A stretch of 18,527 bases of DNA, taken from assembly GCA_039794085.1 (NCBI GenBank), contig JBDIWC010000066.1, positions 1-18,527 on the forward strand. The letters run 5' to 3'. Numbering within the stretch: position 1 is the stretch's first letter; each line of letters begins with the position of its first letter. Shown in pieces: positions 1-8,087 of this stretch. The stretch comes from Gemmatimonadales bacterium. GTDB taxonomy: Bacteria > Gemmatimonadota > Gemmatimonadetes > Gemmatimonadales > GWC2-71-9. The position numbers and the translations under genes were made by a program. The notes beneath the pieces were generated by a model. It was given only the letters and a program-made list of their open reading frames with translations, made no database searches and was not told the origin of the DNA.

Positions 1-198
1 TTTTAAACCAGAAACCGGCATCCGAATTTCCATCCAGTGCCGGGGGTTCAACCGTTGGCCTTCCCGTTTGGTTTGAATTTTGAAGTTTGAAGCCTTTAAG
101 CCGGGGTTTGGTTTCCCATCCCGGTAAAAAGTAGGCTTCCGTTTTCCCGGGAAAAAGCCCCCCCCCCCCCCCTCCCCCCCCTCCCCCCCCCCCCCCCC
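1..198. other. Probable low-quality or artefactual sequence at the contig or read end
   Basis: Many short homopolymer runs, ending in a ~40 nt poly-C tract with two T interruptions (158-198). Composition differs from the rest of the window. Confidence 0.7.
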
Positions 199-240
199 GG
201 AGCGCTGCTGGCAGGCGATCCAGCATGGCGTCGGTCAGGG

Positions 241-482
241 TTTTTTCGTGTCTTTTCGTGGTTGAAGCCATTTCATACATCTCAGGGAAAGCCTGATCGC
301 CGGGAATCAGGATAATTCGGAACCACGAAAAACACGAAAACGCACGAACAGAAGCACCCACCTTCGATAAACTCTTGTGCCGTTTTGTGGTTGGGTTACC
401 ATCTCACCATAGGAGAAGAGGATTCAGGCCCCGGCGGCCGTCGGGGGAACCTTTCGTGTCCTTTCGTGTCTTTTCGTGGTTC
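241..482. repeat. Cluster of TTT(T)CGTG...TTTTCGTGGTT short repeats in alternating orientation
   Basis: 241-263 ttttttcgtgtcttttcgtggtt (+); 321-349 aaccacgaaaaacacgaaaacgcacgaac (reverse complement); 374-392 cttgtgccgttttgtggtt (degenerate, +); 451-482 ctttcgtgtcctttcgtgtcttttcgtggttc (+). Confidence 0.85.
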
Positions 483-544
483 AAAGGCAGTTCCCCCCAC
501 TGTGGGCTGGCATGGCGGCTATTCGAGGGCGCGAAGGAGGCCCC

Positions 545-560
545 TGTTTCACGTGAAACC
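545..560. promoter_or_regulatory. parS: parS centromere-like site (ParB binding)
   Basis: TGTTTCACGTGAAACC matches the canonical palindrome TGTTTCACGTGAAACA at 15/16 positions and lies ~180 bp upstream of parAB. Confidence 0.92.
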
Positions 561-597
561 GATTGCCCTTTGCCTAATCCTTCGGTCATGGCATCCC

Positions 598-623
598 ACT
601 TCAAACTTCGAACTTCAAACTTC
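598..623 (+). repeat. Tandem heptamer repeat (ACTTCRA)x3.7
   Basis: acttcaa acttcga acttcaa acttc. A related array occurs on the opposite strand at 17345-17386. Confidence 0.85.
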
Positions 624-738
624 CTCTCTTCTCTTTCTCCCCCGTTCCGTATATCCTCCGTTTCACTCCGCATGGGTGCCCGTCGTTGCGAAAGCGATGT
701 GTTCTCATGTAAAACATTGTCACCAAAAGAGTTACTTG

Positions 739-1572
739 ATGGCCAGAGTGATTGCAATCGCAAACCAGAAGGGGGGCGTCGGCAAGACCACGACCGCCGT
801 CAACCTTGCGGCCTCTCTCGCCATCGCGGAACGGAGGACGCTCCTCATCGATGCCGATCCCCAGGGGAACGCCACCAGCGGTGTCGGGATCGCGCGGGAT
901 GACCGCGAGGCGTCCCTGTACGATGTGATGATCGAGGGACGGCCTCCCGCGGAGGTGATTCGCGAGAACACCGAGCTTCCCTATCTGCATGTTCTCCCCG
1001 CAACCCAGGATCTCGTGGGGGCGGAGATCGAACTCGTGGATCGACCGGGCCGTGAGCAGGTGCTGCGCGCGGCGATCGCACCGGTTCAAGCCTCGTATGA
1101 TTTCATCGTGGTGGACTGTCCTCCCTCCCTCGGCCTGATCACGCTCAATGTTCTGGCGGCGGCGGACGCGGTGATCATCCCGATCCAATGCGAGTACTAC
1201 GCCCTGGAGGGCATGAGCCAGTTGCTGAACACGGTGCGGCTGGTGCAGCAGAACTTCAACCCGGCGCTCGCGATCGACGGGGTGCTCCTCACCATGTATG
1301 ACTCGCGGCTCAACCTCTGCCGCCAGGTGGCGGAGGACGCCAAGGAATACTTCGGGTCCCAGGTGTTCCGGACTGTGATTCCGCGGAACGTGCGGCTGGC
1401 CGAGGCGCCAAGTTTCGGCAAGCCGATCCTGCTGTATGATGTGCAGTCGGCCGGCGCCAAGAGTTACCTCGCGGTGGCACAGGAGCTCCTCCGGCGGGTC
1501 GCGCACGGGAAGTCTCCCTCACACTCTCCTGCCTCTCCTGCCTCTCCTGCCTCGTCGGAGGTGAAGTCATGA
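739..1572 (+). CDS. parA: Chromosome partitioning ATPase ParA/Soj (277 aa)
   Basis: MARVIAIANQKGGVGKTT deviant Walker A, DADPQGNAT, DCPPSLG, EYYALEG and IPRNVRLAEAPSFG motifs. Start reassigned to ATG 739 because the upstream ORF extension crosses repeats and parS. Confidence 0.97.
   Translation: MARVIAIANQKGGVGKTTTAVNLAASLAIAERRTLLIDADPQGNATSGVGIARDDREASLYDVMIEGRPPAEVIRENTELPYLHVLPATQDLVGAEIELVDRPGREQVLRAAIAPVQASYDFIVVDCPPSLGLITLNVLAAADAVIIPIQCEYYALEGMSQLLNTVRLVQQNFNPALAIDGVLLTMYDSRLNLCRQVAEDAKEYFGSQVFRTVIPRNVRLAEAPSFGKPILLYDVQSAGAKSYLAVAQELLRRVAHGKSPSHSPASPASPASSEVKS
1525..1551 (+). repeat. In-frame 9-bp tandem repeat (TCTCCTGCC)x3 encoding SPASPASPA at the ParA C-terminus
   Basis: Three perfect copies read directly from the sequence. 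Confidence 0.9.
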
Positions 1573-2474
1573 GCGAAACCCGCCGCCTCGGTCGCGGGCT
1601 CGAGGCCCTGCTCGGTCCGCTCTCCCGGGAGGAGACCGCTCCGGGAACCGCCCTCGCCGACCTGCCCGTGGGGGCCATCGGATCCAATCCGTTCCAGCCC
1701 CGGCAGCACTTCGACGAGTCGGCGTTGAACGAGCTGGCCAGTTCGATCAAGGCCTCCGGGTTGCTCCAGCCACTGGTGGTGCGGCAGAACGGCTCCCGCT
1801 ATGAGCTGATCAGCGGCGAGCGGCGGTGGCGCGCGGTCCAGCGCCTCGGGTGGGCATCCGTCCCCGCCGTGGTGCGCGAGGCGGACGACCGGGCGATGCT
1901 CACCCTGGCGCTCATCGAGAACCTGCAACGCGATGACCTCTCGGCCATCGACACCGCGACGGGGTACCAGCGCCTCATCGACGAGTTCGGTCTTCCGCAT
2001 GGGGAGATCGCCCGGCTCGTGGGCAAGAGCCGCACCGCCATCTCCAATACCCTCCGCCTCCTGGCGCTCCCCCGCGAGGTCCAGACCATGGTGCAGGAGG
2101 GCGCCCTTTCCGAGGGGCATGCCCGTGCGCTACTCGGAATCGGCGAGGCCAGCGAACAGATCCGCGTGGCCCGGGCGGTGGTGGAAGGGGGATTCTCCGT
2201 CCGCGACACCGAGGCACTCATTCGGGGTGAAGGCCCGGCCGCCGTGGCCATCGGGTCGGCGGAGCGACCCCGCCGAAAGATCTCCGCCCGCAAGCCCCTG
2301 CCCAGCACCGCTGATGCCCGACGGGTCGAAGATGCTCTCCGTGCCCGGCTCGGGACCGACATCCGGCTCACGGCCCGGCGGAAGGGACGGGGGACGCTTG
2401 CGATCTCCTATTATTCCAACGACGACCTGGCGAGGATTCTCGAGATCATCCTCGGCCACCCCTTCGACGGATGA
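1569..2474 (+). CDS. parB: ParB/Spo0J partitioning protein
   Basis: N-terminal RRLGRGLEALL ParA-interacting peptide, NPFQPR, GLLQP, ISGERRWRA (CTPase arginine patch), ALIENLQRDDL and HTH region. Overlaps the parA stop by 4 nt. Confidence 0.97.
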   Translation: MSETRRLGRGLEALLGPLSREETAPGTALADLPVGAIGSNPFQPRQHFDESALNELASSIKASGLLQPLVVRQNGSRYELISGERRWRAVQRLGWASVPAVVREADDRAMLTLALIENLQRDDLSAIDTATGYQRLIDEFGLPHGEIARLVGKSRTAISNTLRLLALPREVQTMVQEGALSEGHARALLGIGEASEQIRVARAVVEGGFSVRDTEALIRGEGPAAVAIGSAERPRRKISARKPLPSTADARRVEDALRARLGTDIRLTARRKGRGTLAISYYSNDDLARILEIILGHPFDG

Positions 2475-3268
2475 CCCCGCGGCGGTCGGTTTCCCTGATC
2501 CTCCATGTGGATGGATCACCGGCATCGCGGACCCTGCGGTTTCCCCTCTGGGTTGTTCGGCTGGCGGTGGGAGGATCCATCGGCATCATCCTGCTGCTCC
2601 TGGCGGGGGTCAGCTTCTACGCGCCTCTTGCCCGGCAGGCGGCGCGGGTGCCGGGACTCGAGCAGGAACTCGAACGCCTCCGGACCGACAATGCGACGAT
2701 CCGGGATCTCGCCGCCACCCTCGATAGCGTGGAGTCGCGGTATGCGCGGTTGCGGGAGGTGATCGGGACCGAGGTGGCGCCGGATCCCCTGGCTCTCGGT
2801 TCCGATCTCCCGGTTGCCGCCGCGGTGCTGGCCCGGGTGGCGGGCCAGATACCCCGGTATGAATCGGGACCGTCGATCCCCAGTCACTGGCCGCTCGATG
2901 AGGCGGGGTACATTACGCGTGGTGTCGTCGGAGCGGGGGGGAGTGGTGCGGAGGACCCCCACCCGGGTCTGGACATCGCGGTGCCGGTCGGGTCGCTGGT
3001 CCGGGCGGTGGGTGGGGGCGATGTGGTGCAGACCGGACAGGATCCGGAGTATGGGATCTTTGTCCTCATCGGTCACCCCGGGGGGTACACCTCGCGCTAT
3101 GGACACCTCTCGGCGATCACGACACGGCAGGGGACCACCATCAATGCGGGCGAGGTTCTCGGCCGTTCGGGGAACACCGGACGGTCGAGCGCCCCGCACC
3201 TTCACGTGGAAATCCGCAAGGACGGCGCCGTGGTCGATCCCACGACGCTCATCAAGGAGGGCCGATAA
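2471..3268 (+). CDS. M23-family metallopeptidase, membrane-anchored with coiled coil
   Basis: N-terminal TM helix, coiled coil (LEQELERLRTDN...), HPGLD (HxxxD), YGHL and GRSSAPHLHVE (HxH) zinc motifs. ATGA overlap with parB. Confidence 0.93.
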   Translation: MTPRRSVSLILHVDGSPASRTLRFPLWVVRLAVGGSIGIILLLLAGVSFYAPLARQAARVPGLEQELERLRTDNATIRDLAATLDSVESRYARLREVIGTEVAPDPLALGSDLPVAAAVLARVAGQIPRYESGPSIPSHWPLDEAGYITRGVVGAGGSGAEDPHPGLDIAVPVGSLVRAVGGGDVVQTGQDPEYGIFVLIGHPGGYTSRYGHLSAITTRQGTTINAGEVLGRSGNTGRSSAPHLHVEIRKDGAVVDPTTLIKEGR

Positions 3269-3269
3269 C

Positions 3270-3704
3270 ATGGGCATTTTCACAGGAACCACCAACGGGC
3301 GTGAGACCGGACACGCAGCCCGCACTCCCGGCCGGGGAGACCTCGGCGGGGCGGGAGGGGGAGGAGGGCTGTCGATCGTGGCGCCCGATCTCGTCATCAC
3401 GGGTGATCTGGCGGCCGAGGGTGTCATCAAGGTGGAGGGTCGGGTGCAGGGGACGGTGCGCGCGGGCCATCAGGTGTTGGTGTCGCCCGGGGCGGTGGTG
3501 GAGGGGGATATTGAGACCCGGGAAGCGATCATCGGGGGAGTCGTCCGGGGGGACATCCGGGCCGCCGACCGCGTGGAACTCCAGAGCTCCAGCGAGGTCC
3601 ACGGCAACATCCGGACGGCACGCCTGCTCATCCACGAAGGGGGTGTGGTGAACGGGGAGGTCCGGATGGAGGGAGAGTCGCCCGCGGACTCGGGGGAGGC
3701 GTGA
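3270..3704 (+). CDS. Bactofilin (polymer-forming cytoskeletal protein, CcmA/DUF583-like)
   Basis: Beta-helix repeats (SIVAPDLVITGDL...IKVEGRVQGTV...VEGDI...VRGDI...VHGNI...GGVVNGEVRM). AAGGAGG RBS at 3254-3260 supports ATG 3270 rather than the ORF-track start at 2814. Confidence 0.92.
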   Translation: MGIFTGTTNGRETGHAARTPGRGDLGGAGGGGGLSIVAPDLVITGDLAAEGVIKVEGRVQGTVRAGHQVLVSPGAVVEGDIETREAIIGGVVRGDIRAADRVELQSSSEVHGNIRTARLLIHEGGVVNGEVRMEGESPADSGEA

Positions 3705-4660
3705 TGAGGGGACGCCTGGTGCTGGTGCTGGCCATTCTCCTCACAGGGTGTGGCGGCAGCGCTCCGGTGGACGACGGGTTCCGTGTGGCGCTGGTGACGC
3801 CGGGCTCGGTGGCGGACGCGGCCTGGAACAGCGGCGCCTGGGCGGGACTCAACCGGATCCGGGATTCTCTCGACGTTCCGATCAGCCACGTCGAGGCGCG
3901 CACTCCCGCCGAACAGGAGGAGGCCCTCCGCACCTACGCGGCCCAGGGGTACGATCTCATCTTCGGGCATGGGTTCGAGTTCCAGGACGCCGCGGAACGG
4001 GTGGCGGCGGAGTACCCGGAACCGGTGTTCGTGATCACGAGTGGTCAACGGGTGTCCGGGAAGGTGGTTCCGCTGATCTTCCGGTTTTCGGAGGCCACCT
4101 ATCTGGCGGGAGTGGTGGCGGGATCGCTCACCCGTACCGGGCGGATCGGGTTCGTGGGAGGGATCGAACTTCCGCCGGTCAAAGAGGGCTACGAGGCGTG
4201 GGTGGCCGGTGCTAGGTCGGTCCGGCCCGACGTCGACAGCCGGGTGACCTACCTCAACACCTTCGACGATGCGGTGGCCGGCCGGGAGGCGGCGCTGGCC
4301 ATGATGCAGCTCCGGGTGGACATGCTTCACCACAACGCCGATGCGGCCGGGCTTGGCGTGTTCCAGGCGGCCAAGGAGAAGCCGGGGGTGTACGTGTTCG
4401 GCGCCAATGCTGACCAGAGCGGGCTCGCTCCCGACCGGGTGCCGGGGTCGGCGGTGATCGACCTTGCCCGGGCCTTTCTGGCCGTGGCCCGGGAGGTGCG
4501 CAGCGGGGATTTTGTGCCCACCGTGAAGACCTTCGGGCTCGCGAGTGGTGTGGTGCGGTTCGTGGAGAACCCCGCCCTGGCCGATCTCTTCACGCCCGAG
4601 ATCCGGGCGCGGGTTGACGCGGCACGGGATTCCATCGAGGCCGCTGGAAAGACGCGGTGA
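3701..4660 (+). CDS. BMP/Med-family substrate-binding lipoprotein (often nucleoside-binding)
   Basis: Lipobox LTG-C, PGSVADAAWN, GYDLIFGHGFEF, YLAGVVAG, IGFVGG, GLGVFQAAKE. Confidence 0.9.
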   Translation: MMRGRLVLVLAILLTGCGGSAPVDDGFRVALVTPGSVADAAWNSGAWAGLNRIRDSLDVPISHVEARTPAEQEEALRTYAAQGYDLIFGHGFEFQDAAERVAAEYPEPVFVITSGQRVSGKVVPLIFRFSEATYLAGVVAGSLTRTGRIGFVGGIELPPVKEGYEAWVAGARSVRPDVDSRVTYLNTFDDAVAGREAALAMMQLRVDMLHHNADAAGLGVFQAAKEKPGVYVFGANADQSGLAPDRVPGSAVIDLARAFLAVAREVRSGDFVPTVKTFGLASGVVRFVENPALADLFTPEIRARVDAARDSIEAAGKTR

Positions 4661-5313
4661 CCGACGCACCACCCACCCCGGAACGCTCTCAGACGGTTGG
4701 CGAGGAGATCGCCAACAGCATCAGCCATGGGGCCGGGTTCGCGGCGGCCCTCGTCGCCACCCCGTCCCTGATCGCCGATGCCGTGACAACCGGCAGCACC
4801 TACTTTGTGGTGGGTGTCGCGGTCTTTGCCGTCACCGTGGCTCTCCTTTATCTCGGCTCCACACTCTACCATGCCCTGCCGCACGGTAAGGCCAAGGAGA
4901 CCTCTCGGCTGATCGAGCACAGTGCCATCTACCTTCTCATCGCGGGGACCTACACCCCGTTCACGCTCGGCGCGCTGCGCGGGCCCGTCGGGTGGACGCT
5001 GCTCGGCGTGATCTGGACCCTGGCCCTGGTGGGTGTTCTCCTCCAATCGAGGGACGCGCACCGCTTTCGGCGGGTCTCAATGGCCCTGTACCTCGGGATG
5101 GGGTGGCTCATGGTGGTGGCGATCCGCCCCCTCTGGGTCCATGTGCCCCTCGCGGGTCTCCTGTGGCTTCTGGCGGGAGGGATCGCCTACACGGTCGGGG
5201 TGGGGTTCTACCGGGCCCGGCAGCTTCGGTACGCCCACTTCATCTGGCACCTGTTCGTCCTGGCGGGAACGGCGAGTCACTACATGGCAATTCGGTTCTA
5301 CGCGATGCCATAG
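4657..5313 (+). CDS. Hemolysin III / PAQR (TrhA-like) membrane protein
   Basis: EEIANSISHG, STLYH, EHSAIYLLIAGTYTP, YLGMGW and HFIWHLFV motifs, with about 7 hydrophobic segments. Confidence 0.95.
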   Translation: MTDAPPTPERSQTVGEEIANSISHGAGFAAALVATPSLIADAVTTGSTYFVVGVAVFAVTVALLYLGSTLYHALPHGKAKETSRLIEHSAIYLLIAGTYTPFTLGALRGPVGWTLLGVIWTLALVGVLLQSRDAHRFRRVSMALYLGMGWLMVVAIRPLWVHVPLAGLLWLLAGGIAYTVGVGFYRARQLRYAHFIWHLFVLAGTASHYMAIRFYAMP

Positions 5314-5445
5314 GTTCTGTTGCCCTCACCCCCGGCCCCCTTGTCGCGAGGCGGCACCAGCCGCCGTGGCGATCGCTACTCCCGCGGGACGGCAGATGGG
5401 AGTCACTTCCTCGGTCATGTCGATGTCCACGCCGGGACCTGCCGC

Positions 5446-6066
5446 TCACCTCAGCGTGGCCAAATAGGCCAGGACAGCCTCGATCTCCTCGGGCGTGAGG
5501 CCGAAGTTCGGCATCATCGAGGTTGCTCTGTCAAACGTCGGATTGGCGAGCTTCCGGCGCAGGAAGTCGGGACTCCGGCGACCGGTCACGCCGTCGAGCG
5601 TGGGCCCAACGTTGGCACCTTTCCCTTTGATCATGTGACACCCGACACACCCCTTCCCTTCCACGATGCTGCGTCCGGCGTCCGCCAATTCCGGTCGAAT
5701 CGGGGCCTCCGTGTATTCCGCTGGTGGACGCGCGAGATCCCCCGGGGGGACTTGGCCGGGGTCGCCGTTGGTGGCCTGAAGAAACGCCAGGACGTGACGC
5801 ACCTGCCCCCCCGTCAGATTGGCCCTGATCCGCATGTGGTTGATGACCGTGACCCAGTCCCGATCGCTGCGCTCGAGTGGCGAGCGCGGGTTGTGACACC
5901 GACCGCACATGTTGCCGTACACCGCGGCCCCGGCGGTGACCGGGCTCATCTGCTGTCCCGGCAATTCCGAAGCCCCCAGAAACGCGGACACGGCCACGGT
6001 CGTGATGCCGGCCAGGACGGCGCGAACGAACATGGAGGGTCGGCGGTTCTTCTTCCTGTCGATCAT
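5446..6066 (-). CDS. Exported diheme c-type cytochrome
   Basis: Signal peptide. First heme site CGRCH followed by W...HM. Second site CVGCH...GPTL...MMPNF, a class I domain with probable Met ligand. Confidence 0.9.
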   Translation of the reverse strand: MIDRKKNRRPSMFVRAVLAGITTVAVSAFLGASELPGQQMSPVTAGAAVYGNMCGRCHNPRSPLERSDRDWVTVINHMRIRANLTGGQVRHVLAFLQATNGDPGQVPPGDLARPPAEYTEAPIRPELADAGRSIVEGKGCVGCHMIKGKGANVGPTLDGVTGRRSPDFLRRKLANPTFDRATSMMPNFGLTPEEIEAVLAYLATLR

Positions 6067-6076
6067 TGTGTCCTCC

Positions 6077-7198
6077 TCAGAAGCCGAATGCGACGTGCAC
6101 GAGGAATCGGTCGTTGTCCAGCTCCGGGCCGTCCTCGCGATTCAACTCGAACCCGGCCATGACGGCGACGGTCGGACTGAACCAGTAGTCCAGTCCGATC
6201 CCGGCCTGCCAGGCGCCGGGACGGGTCGTGGTGTCGCCAATCTTGTCGTCGAACACCTGGGTCCACCGGAGTACGGGTTCCCATTGGGCCACTCGATAGG
6301 CGGCTTGCGCGTAGAAGCCGTGCCTCCGCAGTGTCGGGAACGCGGTCAAAGTCTCTATCTCCTGGCGGACCTGCAGGTACTCACCGCGGAGCTCGAACCC
6401 CGAACGACGAAACTCGGCGGCGAGATTCCATCCGGTGAAGTCGAGGTTGCTCTCGGAGTCGTAGTCGCTGTTCAGGAACGAACCACTGACTTCGAACCAG
6501 GGTGGCAACGCGATGTCCAGTCGGAGGCCGGGCATCTTGGCCGTGTTGTTATCGCCGGAGCTGGCGGGGAAGGTCAACTCGGGCGCCTCGAAATCCTCTC
6601 CGACGTCGACCGCGTCCGGAAATTCCCCTTCCAGTTGAGGCCCCTGGGTCAGATAGCCATTCAAGCTCAGTTGCCAGTCACCCACCGGCACGGTTGCGCG
6701 CCCCATCACGCCGATGTCGGTGAGAATCGACATCAGCGGCTTGGCACCGAATTGTGCCACGTGATGGCCGTACAGTGGAGGAGGACTGGGAAACTTGTTG
6801 ATCCAGGTTGGATGGAGACGTTCGCCGAACACGCCGAAGGGCACGAGGAACTTGCCTGCCGTGAACGTGAGATGGTCGGTCGCGACATAGTCGAGCTGCG
6901 CGTACTCGAGCCCGGTTTCGGTGACCCCCTCCTGCAGTTCGAACTCGAATTCCGCTTCGAACAGGATCCGGTCCTGGAACTGGAACAACATGATGGGGTT
7001 GAAGCTGGCCGTGAACTGGTTCTCGTTCTCGCCTTCAGTGCGAAGGCCATAGCCGACCGTTCCGTAACCTGTCAGCACGAAGGAATGCGTCGGGACAATG
7101 CGCATTATCGTTGGCTCGTCGTCCGCTCGTGCGTCCTGTGCCTCGATCGCCCTCGGAAACGCGAGCAGAACCATGATGGCAAGAGGACGTGCACGCAT
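6077..7198 (-). CDS. Outer-membrane beta-barrel (porin-like) protein
   Basis: Signal peptide ending AIEA, amphipathic beta-strands (LEYAQLDY, FTAGKFLVPFG, FELRGEY, GFYAQAAY) and C-terminal HVAFGF beta-signal. Start is 7198 or 7219; the ORF-track start at 7339 overlaps the upstream gene. Confidence 0.82.
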   Translation of the reverse strand: MRARPLAIMVLLAFPRAIEAQDARADDEPTIMRIVPTHSFVLTGYGTVGYGLRTEGENENQFTASFNPIMLFQFQDRILFEAEFEFELQEGVTETGLEYAQLDYVATDHLTFTAGKFLVPFGVFGERLHPTWINKFPSPPPLYGHHVAQFGAKPLMSILTDIGVMGRATVPVGDWQLSLNGYLTQGPQLEGEFPDAVDVGEDFEAPELTFPASSGDNNTAKMPGLRLDIALPPWFEVSGSFLNSDYDSESNLDFTGWNLAAEFRRSGFELRGEYLQVRQEIETLTAFPTLRRHGFYAQAAYRVAQWEPVLRWTQVFDDKIGDTTTRPGAWQAGIGLDYWFSPTVAVMAGFELNREDGPELDNDRFLVHVAFGF

Positions 7199-7208
7199 GC
7201 GCCACAGT

Positions 7209-8018
7209 CTAGTGCCCATGACCGGCTCCATTGTCTTCGGCTGGTGGGGGGGCGTCGCTCGCGGACGGAACCCGGATGTGGAACTCGGAGTGCTCGTCGT
7301 CCTCCTGCCCTTCGTTGGCCTCGTCGTGTCCCGTTCCATTCGCGAGGCCGACCTGGAGGCTATAGGTGCCGGCGGTCGGGAAGACGGCCTGACCCACGTA
7401 CTCGCCGTGTCCTCGTTCGGCCCAGGCGATCATGACCATGGTTCCATCGGGGAGGTGCAGCGAACCCGCAAGCTGCAGGTCGTGCGCCTCGGGGCCCTTG
7501 CTGCCGTCCGCTTCCAGCTCGAAGGCGAACGCATGGAGCAGCGCCAGTCCGCCCGGAAGAATGGGAGCGGGGCTGGTTTCGAGCTCGAATCGGTGACCAT
7601 CGACCATAATGTGGGCGCGCGCGGCCGTGATTTCGTGCTCCCAGAGATCCATCATCAAATGATGCCCGGGGGCCTGTCCACGCAATCGGAGGTGATGTTC
7701 TCCGGCGGCGTAGAGATATACCGGGGCGTGCCATTCGCCGTCCACCTCCTCGATCGGTATACGTTGGGCGGGCGCTCCTCCGGGGGGGAGCACGTCGAAC
7801 TCCAGGCGCGACATGTGGGTGGGATCACTCCCCGAAGACACCTGAAAGTGAAACTCGTTGGATGTGAGTGTGTGCATGTGGCCAGGAAACTCGACATTCA
7901 CGGCCAGGTTCAGGTCCGAGAGTGCTGTCGGGTTGTCCAGGCCGGCGCAGCTCGCAAGGCCGACGGCAACGGTTGCCGCGCGGAGGGCCGCGATCCAGTC
8001 TCGGGGGTTCATGGTCAT
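7209..8018 (-). CDS. His-rich lipoprotein with two YtkA/FixH-like Ig-type repeats; candidate copper chaperone
   Basis: Lipobox LAS-C24, AGGAG RBS, 21 His in 269 aa (GHMH, EHH, GHHLMM, terminal HGH). Internal similarity between GEWHAPVYLYAAGEHHLRL and GEYVGQAVFPTAGTYSLQV. Confidence 0.6.
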   Translation of the reverse strand: MTMNPRDWIAALRAATVAVGLASCAGLDNPTALSDLNLAVNVEFPGHMHTLTSNEFHFQVSSGSDPTHMSRLEFDVLPPGGAPAQRIPIEEVDGEWHAPVYLYAAGEHHLRLRGQAPGHHLMMDLWEHEITAARAHIMVDGHRFELETSPAPILPGGLALLHAFAFELEADGSKGPEAHDLQLAGSLHLPDGTMVMIAWAERGHGEYVGQAVFPTAGTYSLQVGLANGTGHDEANEGQEDDEHSEFHIRVPSASDAPPPAEDNGAGHGH

Positions 8019-8087
8019 CTCGTCTCCTGTGGTGGATTCAATTGGTAGCTGTCCGCCTCGAGCTTGAGTGCTCCTGACATCGGACCT

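Noticed and set aside
158..198. Poly-C tract as a phase-variation or G-quadruplex element
   Set aside because: It adjoins homopolymer-rich sequence at the window edge and is more simply a sequencing or assembly artefact. Read mapping is needed to decide.
199..280. Possible start of a divergent minus-strand gene (MYEMASTTKRHEKTLTDAMLDRLPAALR...)
   Set aside because: It runs straight into the poly-C, low-quality region and has no recognisable domain, so it cannot be supported.
200..738. oriC in the parA upstream region
   Set aside because: I found no TTATCCACA-type DnaA box cluster or clear AT-rich unwinding element.
385..738. 118-aa N-terminal extension of ParA from the ORF track
   Set aside because: It translates through repeats and parS, and family homology begins at MARVIAIANQKGG.
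601..1506. Long antisense ORFs (also 3470-4672, 5909-7435, 11067-12143, 12019-13311)
   Set aside because: These are shadow ORFs opposite well-supported genes in GC-rich DNA, with no recognisable motifs.
5314..5445. Intrinsic terminator or island boundary between the convergent genes (hairpins 5350-5365 and 5378-5403; ccctcacccccggccccct REP-like fragment)
   Set aside because: The stems are short with no U-tract, and I found no matching direct repeat, integrase or tRNA at the other end of the module.
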